DNA of 11,797 bases from Candidatus Thorarchaeota archaeon (GCA_048882325.1 JBHLRS010000067.1:1-11797), one strand, 5' to 3'. Numbered from the stretch's first letter, positions 1-6,900 are shown. The notes: generated by a model not told the origin, from the letters alone. Translations and numbers: made by a program.

Positions 1-27
1 TTTTTTCATTAATTTGAACATAATAGA

Positions 28-35
28 TTAATATA
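28..35 (+). promoter_or_regulatory. Putative TATA box for the small GTPase gene
   Basis: TTAATATA about 50 nt upstream of the GTG at 85; purine-rich GGGGATG lies just before the start. Confidence 0.4.
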
Positions 36-84
36 CGCCATATTTGAAACGGATTCAGGCGCCGTATCTTGGGGATGCTTACGA

Positions 85-594
85 GTGAGTTCAGCTGCTA
101 CGAGGCTAGTGAAATTGGCAGTGGTTGGGGACGGTGGAGTGGGCAAGAGTACCCTGATCTCACGACTTGTAACAGGAACATTCGTTGACAAGACAATGAC
201 GATTGGATTTGATGTTGAGTCATGGACCATAACGACCAACAGCGATTCAGAAGTCATCAAGGTCTCCTGTTTCGACTTTGGCGGTCAGAAACAGTTTCGT
301 TTCTTTCAGGGGTCTCTCATCATAGGTGCAAAGGCCGCACTGATTGTGTTCGACTGCAACTCGTATATGTCCCTCGTGAAGATTCGGGAATGGATGGAGC
401 TACTCGTTGGAGTTCCAAATGGAAACAAACTACTTGTGGGCAACAAATTGGACATAGGCATGACCGTTTCCTGTGATGATGTCCAAGAGTTAGCCAAAGA
501 GTATGAGATGGATTTCATCATGGTCAGTTCTAAAACTGGCGAGAATTTTGACAAACTGATTGAAAAACTAAAGGTCATGGTCGTTGACGAATGA
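85..594 (+). CDS. Ras-superfamily small GTPase, Rab-like (Asgard type)
   Basis: All G motifs present: G1 GDGGVGKS, G2 TIGFD, G3 DFGGQ, G4 NKLD, G5 SSK. 169 aa, GTG start, no C-terminal cysteine motif. Confidence 0.93.
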   Translation: MSSAATRLVKLAVVGDGGVGKSTLISRLVTGTFVDKTMTIGFDVESWTITTNSDSEVIKVSCFDFGGQKQFRFFQGSLIIGAKAALIVFDCNSYMSLVKIREWMELLVGVPNGNKLLVGNKLDIGMTVSCDDVQELAKEYEMDFIMVSSKTGENFDKLIEKLKVMVVDE

Positions 595-669
595 ATCTGT
601 TTCTTGTTACCAAGAACGTTAATATTGTGTCTTAGGAACACTGTATCGTCATCAAGGGAGTTGGGTGCT

Positions 670-1179
670 TTGGAAGCCGACAAGATTCGTGTGCACTGTG
701 AAATCTGCAACGAACCTATAGAGTTTGAGGTTTCACAAGAGAAACTCAGCGAGCAACAAAGTGGTATTCTCAAGGTTATGTTGGCACATGGAGATCCACT
801 TCATGCAATCATAGTCTATGTCGACATGAATCGAAGAATTCGTGGAGTGGAGAGTTCAGACTCTTTTCAGATGGAGGGAACGCGTGCAGACTCTTTTGTG
901 CCGGTCTCTGAGGTTTCTGAGAATCTATCAAATCAGATGGGCGAGCCGTGTTATCAGGCTCTTTACAGCTATGATGATGTCAAAGAGCGTGAAGCCACAT
1001 CCTTTGTCTTAGACAAGACCATTCTCAAGACAATATGTGAGTCAGGCACCATCTGTCTCAGCAAGATAAGACAGAATATTGCTTTCTTAGAAAAGGCGTT
1101 GGGAGATAAGATAGATCTCAAACAGGTCGAGGTTGTATGCAACAGATATGTCCAAGAAGGGTTAATAAAACGAGCTTAG
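670..1179 (+). CDS. Hypothetical protein with an N-terminal putative Zn-binding domain (CxxC...HxxxxH) and a C-terminal winged-helix-like domain
   Basis: CEIC, HGDPLH and YVDMNRRIRGVE motifs; the C-terminus LDKTILKTI...LSKI...YVQEGLIK has a wHTH pattern. The start is more likely TTG 670 (GGGAG and GGTG just upstream) than 604. Confidence 0.65.
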   Translation: MEADKIRVHCEICNEPIEFEVSQEKLSEQQSGILKVMLAHGDPLHAIIVYVDMNRRIRGVESSDSFQMEGTRADSFVPVSEVSENLSNQMGEPCYQALYSYDDVKEREATSFVLDKTILKTICESGTICLSKIRQNIAFLEKALGDKIDLKQVEVVCNRYVQEGLIKRA

Positions 1180-1192
1180 TTGGTTTTCCGAC

Positions 1193-1684
1193 ATGAGCTT
1201 TTTCAGAAGATTCAGAAGGCAGAAAGACCCTGCACGTAACTACTTGAACAAGATGGCAATTGGGCTTGGCGCTGGTCTGGTCTTTGCCCGTGACGCTATC
1301 CTGAATCCAGATTTTGGACCACAAGGGGCAATGGATGTTCTATCAACTTGGATGGGTCAAGAGATTGCAAAGGAGCTTCTCACTCAGAGAGTAATCACAC
1401 CCACATCCTCTGCTGAAGAAGTCCTTGAGAAACTCCTAGAGGAAGTCCGAATCGCTGAGGATCTTTCAATCGAGATGGAGGGTGACACTGCACATGTGGT
1501 AGTGCAGAACTGTCTCATTTGCCCTCGACGTGTTGGAGGTTATGATCTGGAAGGTCACACTGCATGTCCAGTTGGCGGTCTTGTCAGAGGCGCCATTGGT
1601 CTGGTTTCAGGTAAAACCCCCCAACTGAGCAAGATCGATCTCAAGACTGGTGAGCTTTGTAAGACTGACTTCGCACTAGCATAG
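1193..1684 (+). CDS. V4R/MetOD1-like (H-NOX/Bet3-related fold) protein with four cysteines
   Basis: MGQEIAKEL helix, VVVQNCLIC, ACPVGGLVRGAI and GELCKTDF (C107, C110, C125, C156) follow the V4R pattern; starts 13 nt after the previous stop. Confidence 0.7.
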   Translation: MSFFRRFRRQKDPARNYLNKMAIGLGAGLVFARDAILNPDFGPQGAMDVLSTWMGQEIAKELLTQRVITPTSSAEEVLEKLLEEVRIAEDLSIEMEGDTAHVVVQNCLICPRRVGGYDLEGHTACPVGGLVRGAIGLVSGKTPQLSKIDLKTGELCKTDFALA

Positions 1685-1929
1685 AGTTAGTCACAAGTAT
1701 CTCGAACTCAACAGAAGTCTGCCGTATTCAATCAGTTCATATTCGATGGCATGTCAGAATTTGTAAGAAAAGGAACAATAATCTGAACAAGCTCATCAGT
1801 TAGAGTAGGTCGAGGGGTATTCCAGAACACGCCTACCAAATTGAGCTGCAAAGAAGCAGTATCTCATTTATTACTGAATTAGCATTAATCAGAACTGTAT
1901 TGAGAAAATGAAAGAAGGGGCAATAAGAA

Positions 1930-2748
1930 ATGAAGAGAAGCCCAAAACAAAGAAGCACACTCAAGGACAGAGTACGTAGAATTTTCAAGACAAACAAGCT
2001 CTGCCAGATTGCATTTGAAGAACTAGAGAATGATATCGAAGTCCAAGCCATGCTTGAGGACAGTAACCGCATGGCAATAGACCGAATGGGGTACTCAGAC
2101 CATGGTCACACTCACTCACTGATAGTCACGATGAATGGAATACGTCTTTTTAGACAATTACTCAAGGGCGTTCAGCCAACAATAGTCCAAGAAGAAACCG
2201 GAGATGCACACGACTCAGAACTCGTTGTCATGCTGGGTTGTTATCTCCACGACATTGGAATGGTGGTCGGTCGTACGAATCATGACGAGTTCTCGGTTGT
2301 ACTAGCCACGCCAATAATTAATAGAATCATGTCAAAGGTCTACCCCAAAGACCGACGCAAGCAGGTCCACATCAGAAACCATATACTACATGCCATATAC
2401 TGTCACGATAGAGTGGCAATGCCCTTGACAGTGGAGGCAGGAGTAGTAGGAATTGCTGACGCATTAGACATGACAAAAGGCCGAGCAAGAATACCTTTTG
2501 AGTCTGGAAGTGTCAATATACACAGTACCAGCGCTCTTGCTATTGAGAATGTCAGGATCCGAAAGGGAGAGTCAAAGACAGTACGAATCGAGGTGACCAT
2601 GAACAACGCATCAGGAATCTTCCAGATACAGGAACTCCTTGAAGAAAAGATTCGTAATGCGAAACTACTGGTCGACCACATAGAGCTCTATGCTATAATG
2701 TCACCACGAGAAGATGTGATAATCAAGGAAGAGCTACGTGTACTCTGA
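1930..2748 (+). CDS. HD-superfamily metal-dependent phosphohydrolase (COG3294-like)
   Basis: GYSDHGHTH, YLHDIG, HAIYCHD, IADALDMTKGRARIPF, NIHSTSA and SGIFQI motifs. Confidence 0.88.
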   Translation: MKRSPKQRSTLKDRVRRIFKTNKLCQIAFEELENDIEVQAMLEDSNRMAIDRMGYSDHGHTHSLIVTMNGIRLFRQLLKGVQPTIVQEETGDAHDSELVVMLGCYLHDIGMVVGRTNHDEFSVVLATPIINRIMSKVYPKDRRKQVHIRNHILHAIYCHDRVAMPLTVEAGVVGIADALDMTKGRARIPFESGSVNIHSTSALAIENVRIRKGESKTVRIEVTMNNASGIFQIQELLEEKIRNAKLLVDHIELYAIMSPREDVIIKEELRVL

Positions 2749-2764
2749 GCTCCAAGTGAAGACC

Positions 2765-2840
2765 TGCGAAAAGTGCTTACCGAATCCATTCGCAACAGCT
2801 AATATATATGCACGATATCGAACATTCGTCGCGTTTCACG
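2765..2840 (+). promoter_or_regulatory. Promoter of the Lrp gene with flanking inverted repeats
   Basis: TAATATATA at 2800-2808; CGAATccATTCG at 2781-2792, CGATATCG at 2813-2820, CGAAcaTTCG at 2819-2828. Confidence 0.5.
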
Positions 2841-2865
2841 TTGGACTTGAAGAGGCTAACACAAA

Positions 2866-3303
2866 ATGCGACTTGATCCAATAGACTCCCAGATAATAAC
2901 GATGCTTCAGAATGATGGTCGAAGGTCCTTCAGCGAGATTGCTGATACTGTGGGGAGAACTGAAGTCACCATTCGACGCAGGGTGAAGAGACTTGTTGAT
3001 GAGGGATATATCAAACGATTCACCGTAGTGTTAGACCCTCTGAAGATTGGCAGGAAAATTCGAGCAGTCATTCGTATGAAGACTGTGATGAAAGAGGCTG
3101 CGGTGATTTCCAAGAAGCTGCGGGAGTTTGACGAGGTCAATGAGGCTTATTTCTTAGACGGTGCCTGTGGTCTAATGATCATGGTGACAGTGGATGACCT
3201 TACCGAACTCAAGGCATTCCTTGAAACACGGCTTGGGCGGATTCCTGGTGTCGGCGACGCAGAAACCTGTATAGTGCTTGAGGAGATCAAGTCCGTTTTC
3301 TAG
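2866..3303 (+). CDS. Lrp/AsnC family transcriptional regulator
   Basis: LDPIDSQIITMLQNDGRRSFSEIA...TIRRRVKRLVDEGYIKRFTVVLD HTH followed by a RAM-type C-terminal domain. Confidence 0.95.
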   Translation: MRLDPIDSQIITMLQNDGRRSFSEIADTVGRTEVTIRRRVKRLVDEGYIKRFTVVLDPLKIGRKIRAVIRMKTVMKEAAVISKKLREFDEVNEAYFLDGACGLMIMVTVDDLTELKAFLETRLGRIPGVGDAETCIVLEEIKSVF

Positions 3304-3321
3304 ACTATAGGAGGTTCTTCG

Positions 3322-3738
3322 ATGCAGCATAAACTGCATCTCTCGCACACACATTTGGAAACTCTCTACAAACATGCAGAAGATAGTTTTCCGCTAGAGG
3401 CGGCAGCACTCCTTTTTGGACTGGTGTCTGGACCTTCAGTCATAGTACACAGGATTGAACCCGTTCACAATGAGGCGAAATCAAGTAAAATTTCCTTTAT
3501 GGTGAATCCAGAGGAACAATATCATCTCCTAGTCGAGGCAGAAGAGGAAGGTCTGGAGCTTGTTGGGATATTTCATTCACATCCTGCACCACCATACCCC
3601 TCAAAGCGGGATAAAGAGAATATGAAGCTCAATCCGGTTGTTTGGTTGATTGCATCAAAGGACACCGGAAACTGGGCGAGTAAGGCCTTCCTTTTAGAGG
3701 ACGAGCAAATAGTAGAGATGGATTTGCGTCTGTCCTGA
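3322..3738 (+). CDS. JAMM/MPN+ (Mov34, peptidase M67) metalloprotease
   Basis: Catalytic Glu in PLEAAALLFG and HSHPAPPYPSKRD (HxH-x7-S-x2-D); GGAGGT Shine-Dalgarno upstream. Confidence 0.92.
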   Translation: MQHKLHLSHTHLETLYKHAEDSFPLEAAALLFGLVSGPSVIVHRIEPVHNEAKSSKISFMVNPEEQYHLLVEAEEEGLELVGIFHSHPAPPYPSKRDKENMKLNPVVWLIASKDTGNWASKAFLLEDEQIVEMDLRLS

Positions 3739-3744
3739 TGAACC

Positions 3745-4053
3745 CTATCGCTTAACCCCCTTGATTGTTCCAGATGTCTTTTTTGGCTCAAATGATACTA
3801 GACTCTCTCCAACAGACCCAAGAAGGACAGCTGAAGTTATCACCATATCAAGTGAGGCAGCTGTACACTGTAGGATACCACTCCCTGTTTTTCCCTCATA
3901 CTCTACAAGATAAAGTTTCGAATCTGCTGCAGACACCTCTCCATAAAGAGATAGCATATTCTTCCAAATTGCTGTACTGAGTTGTTTGTCCTCTATTGAT
4001 TTATTATCAGAATGCAGATGGAACAAAAGATAGCGTCTTCGAGTTTTCTTCAC
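3745..4053 (-). CDS. rnp2: Ribonuclease P protein component 2 (Pop5/Rpp14 family)
   Basis: RRRYLLF, LYGEV, GILQC and TSGTIK motifs; GTGA overlap with the upstream Rpp30 gene. Confidence 0.88.
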   Translation of the reverse strand: MKKTRRRYLLFHLHSDNKSIEDKQLSTAIWKNMLSLYGEVSAADSKLYLVEYEGKTGSGILQCTAASLDMVITSAVLLGSVGESLVSFEPKKTSGTIKGVKR

Positions 4054-4739
4054 TCCTTAACCCCCCTTTGAATAATCTCAACACCATCAGCAACATACTC
4101 TGAGCTATACCTCTGACGATTTCTCTTGATGATCTCCATTGGTGTTTGATTAATCGCAAGGTGAGCTTGTTTTGAATCCAATCCCAACATTCCACCAATG
4201 TATTGCATAGCCCTTACAGATCTCATATGCAATGGATGTGTGGCACCACTTGAGAGAATGATTTGCATTCCTGCCTCAATTGCGGTTCGTATAGACGCTC
4301 GATATGCTTTGATGACAATTGAACGATTCAGACCCGTTAACCGTAGTAGGGGCTCAAATCTGATTTCAAGAGCAGTGTGAGAAGCAGCTGCGAGACGAGC
4401 AGTGGTATCACGAAGTCTATGCTCTCTAGAATAATCGAGTGTAAGCAGATCCACTCTTTGGTCATCAGCTGCCCAATTTGCTGTTTCGACCGAACCAAGT
4501 TTGACAGACACGACTAACGATTGTTTCCTCGCAGTTTCAACCTGTTTCCTTAGGCTTCTTAGACCTCTTCCAGACACATCCGCTCTCCTCAGAATGGAGA
4601 ACTTGTTTCCAATCTGACGACTTACATCACCCTCAATATTGTTAGTTGCAAGACCAGTGAACCCTAATTTCTCTGCTATCTGAATGAACGACTGAAGACT
4701 GTCTTGTTCAGGAATGCAGACTCCTACATCAATCACCAC
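4050..4739 (-). CDS. rnp3: Ribonuclease P protein component 3 (Rpp30 family)
   Basis: RVDLL, ARLAA...ALEI and IILSSGATHPLHMRS motifs; conserved position between COG1325 and Pop5. The start could be GTG 4739 or 4736. Confidence 0.88.
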   Translation of the reverse strand: MVIDVGVCIPEQDSLQSFIQIAEKLGFTGLATNNIEGDVSRQIGNKFSILRRADVSGRGLRSLRKQVETARKQSLVVSVKLGSVETANWAADDQRVDLLTLDYSREHRLRDTTARLAAASHTALEIRFEPLLRLTGLNRSIVIKAYRASIRTAIEAGMQIILSSGATHPLHMRSVRAMQYIGGMLGLDSKQAHLAINQTPMEIIKRNRQRYSSEYVADGVEIIQRGVKE

Positions 4740-5203
4740 TGGTCGTCACCACCTGCTGCCCGAAGACGGTCTTCTAACATGGTCATTACATCCTCTTGTT
4801 TACACCTGGGATGTTTCCGAATGTGCACTTGAACACTGATTACATCAGGTCCTTTTGCCAGTACAATTCTTTCCAGGAATGCCGCTTGCTTATCAATCCT
4901 GACAAAGAACTGACAATTCTCATCAATTCTGCGGTCAAGGGAGTTTTCAAGCCGTTCACGATCTCTTTTCTCCAACTTACCAAAAATATAATCCAGGGTT
5001 GTTTCGCAGCCTGTCTGGTCACTCAATTCAGAACCAATGATTTGAATTTGGTTTCCAGAGTGGCCCTCAACCTTAGTTGATACAAACTTAACAAGCTCAT
5101 GAACGTGCTCAGGGTACAGATTGAGGATTGCATTAACAACCTTATCTGAAACCTCTGTTGCTCGGGAATAAGCTCGAGCCTCGATTTTGGCCACAAATGC
5201 CAT
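4733..5203 (-). CDS. Predicted RNA-binding protein (COG1325/DUF54 type, exosome-superoperon associated)
   Basis: ATEVSDKV, EGHSGNQI and FFVRIDKQAAF motifs; directly downstream of rpl15e. Confidence 0.85.
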   Translation of the reverse strand: MAFVAKIEARAYSRATEVSDKVVNAILNLYPEHVHELVKFVSTKVEGHSGNQIQIIGSELSDQTGCETTLDYIFGKLEKRDRERLENSLDRRIDENCQFFVRIDKQAAFLERIVLAKGPDVISVQVHIRKHPRCKQEDVMTMLEDRLRAAGGDDQW

Positions 5204-5232
5204 ACTCTAACCCCCAGATATGGGAGTCATGT

Positions 5233-5817
5233 CTATTTTCCGAGGTTGCTCTTTGCACCTAGAGATGGTCTCATCTTTTCAGCGCCTTTCCCCTTCTTAC
5301 GGAGACCTCTGCTTCTCTTACCTGCAGATGTAAGTCCCCTGTTCTCTCTTCCTTTCTGGACAGGGTCACATATCCAGTTGATGTTTGGATCATTGTAGAT
5401 CACCGGATGATTTGGATCCACCAGGATGATCTCATGCCATACCCACTTATGATCGGAACCAACCCAGTAGGAGTTTAGGACTCTAAGATTGGGGAACTTT
5501 CTACCAACACGTTCCTCAGCAATCCTACGCCGAGACTTCTGAGGTGTGTATTTTACAACACCCATGCTTCTAGGCTTGCGTCCCATTCTTGGTCTTGGCT
5601 TTTCACGTGGACCTCGACCAGTCTTGATTCGGACAATAACATATCCCTGTTTTGCTTTGTAACCCAAGGATCGTGCTCTTCCAAGACGAGAGGGACGGTC
5701 AAGTTTCACTATGCTGCCCTGTTTTCTCCATACTATCATTCTACTTCTTACTAGTTCGGAACGTTCTCTCTGTTCCTTTAACCAAGTTTCATTCATACGC
5801 TGATATGCCGTCGGCAT
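5233..5817 (-). CDS. rpl15e: 50S ribosomal protein L15e (eL15)
   Basis: RARSLGYKAKQG, AEERVGRKFPNLRVLNSYWV, ILVDPNHP and RGLTSAGKRSRGL motifs. Confidence 0.98.
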   Translation of the reverse strand: MPTAYQRMNETWLKEQRERSELVRSRMIVWRKQGSIVKLDRPSRLGRARSLGYKAKQGYVIVRIKTGRGPREKPRPRMGRKPRSMGVVKYTPQKSRRRIAEERVGRKFPNLRVLNSYWVGSDHKWVWHEIILVDPNHPVIYNDPNINWICDPVQKGRENRGLTSAGKRSRGLRKKGKGAEKMRPSLGAKSNLGK

Positions 5818-5826
5818 TGTGTAATT

Positions 5827-5945
5827 CCATCCTTTGTTGTAACTATATTCGCTTTGTTTGTGGTTCAGCCTCTATGGGCCACATCCCGTGCGGACGTATC
5901 CGCCAACACAAAGGAAATGGTATGATTTTGGAACGTGCCAAAATC
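5827..5945 (-). ncRNA. Putative structured 5' leader of rpl15e (ribosomal leader candidate)
   Basis: On the minus strand: GCGGA-UACG-UCCGC hairpin, GGGAUGU linker, GGCC-CAUAGA-GGCU hairpin, GAACC, all enclosed by a CUUUGU/ACAAAG stem. A TATA-like TTTAAG lies at 5973-5968. Confidence 0.55.
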
Positions 5946-5988
5946 TATTGGTCACCAAGGACGTTCGCTTAAAGATGTAACGCTCTAG

Positions 5989-6900
5989 CTATTTCAGTCC
6001 CTGAATGACCTTGTATGCTGTTAATTCTCCTACTCTTATCTGAGCCTCTTTTGTAGAAGATGCAAGGTGCGGTGTCGCAACCAGTTTGGGATGCTTCACA
6101 AGTTCCCAGTCAAGAGGTGGTTCGTTCTCAAACACATCCAGGGCAGCACCAGCAATGTCCCCATCATTGAGTGCCTTGAGAAGTGCTTTTTCATCAACCA
6201 CTCCACCTCGTGAAGTATTGATCAGGAAGGCTGTATTCTTCATCTTCTTGAACTCCTCTTCCCCAATCATATTCCTTGTCTGCGGGACTAGTGGTACATG
6301 AAGAGTGATGTAGTCAGCATCAGCTATCAGCTCTTCCACACCGCACTTCCTTGTCCCCATATCTATACATACTTGTTCAATGTCTAACACATCGTAGCAC
6401 AAGATATCCATATCAAACGCCTTTGCCCTTGCAGCCACTTCACAACCGATCCTCCCAAAACCAATAATTCCCAATTTCTTATTCCAGAGTTCAGTGCCTG
6501 TAAGCTTCTTCTTCTCCCAGCGTTCATCCTTCATGAAGTGGTCAGCCTGAGGGATATTTCTGGCTAAAGCAAACATCAATGAGAACACCATCTCTGCGAC
6601 TGAAACTGTTGGAGCCTCTGGTGTGTTTTGGACATCTATCCCTTTTTCCTTGGCTGCTTCTGTGTCCACATTGTCAAGGCCAACTCCAGCTCTGACGACG
6701 AGTCTCAGCTTATCTGCCGCTTCAATGACATCTCTCGTTATCTTCGTTGCACTTCTAACAACGACACAGTCAAACCCTATGATCTGTTCCTCAATAGGTC
6801 CATCTGTATCATTGCTCCTCACAACGACCTCGAGTCCAGCTGCCTTTATCTCAGCCACAGCTGACTCCGCAATTGCATCAGCTACAAGTACGCGTGCCAT
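5989..6900 (-). CDS. serA: D-2-hydroxyacid dehydrogenase, D-3-phosphoglycerate dehydrogenase-like (short form without ACT domain)
   Basis: VVRSATK, RAGVGLDNVD, GIIGFGRIG, INTSRGG, ALDVFENEP and TPHLASSTKEAQ motifs; 303 aa. Substrate specificity is inferred. Confidence 0.8.
   Translation of the reverse strand: MARVLVADAIAESAVAEIKAAGLEVVVRSNDTDGPIEEQIIGFDCVVVRSATKITRDVIEAADKLRLVVRAGVGLDNVDTEAAKEKGIDVQNTPEAPTVSVAEMVFSLMFALARNIPQADHFMKDERWEKKKLTGTELWNKKLGIIGFGRIGCEVAARAKAFDMDILCYDVLDIEQVCIDMGTRKCGVEELIADADYITLHVPLVPQTRNMIGEEEFKKMKNTAFLINTSRGGVVDEKALLKALNDGDIAGAALDVFENEPPLDWELVKHPKLVATPHLASSTKEAQIRVGELTAYKVIQGLK

Noticed and set aside
604-669. N-terminal extension of ORF2 given in the ORF track
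   Set aside because: It overlaps a hairpin and a TATA-like element; SD-like sequences point to TTG 670.
9-773. Alternative-frame ORFs overlapping the small GTPase (9-260, 222-476, 306-773)
   Set aside because: They are shadows of a gene with complete G1-G5 motifs. The same applies to the other short overlapping ORFs in the track.
1193-1290. Twin-arginine (Tat) signal peptide in the V4R-like protein
   Set aside because: The RR pairs are not followed by the xFLK consensus, the hydrophobic stretch is short and distant, and a Cys4 V4R domain is expected to be cytoplasmic.
1754-1846. Hammerhead ribozyme, fluoride riboswitch or C/D box sRNA suggested by minus-strand CUGAUGA
   Set aside because: There is no stem II plus GAAA for a hammerhead, no GAUGG...CGCC core for the fluoride riboswitch, and no properly spaced D'/C' boxes.
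5652-5972. 106-aa plus-strand ORF
   Set aside because: It is antisense to rpl15e and its leader, with no recognisable motif; a shadow ORF.
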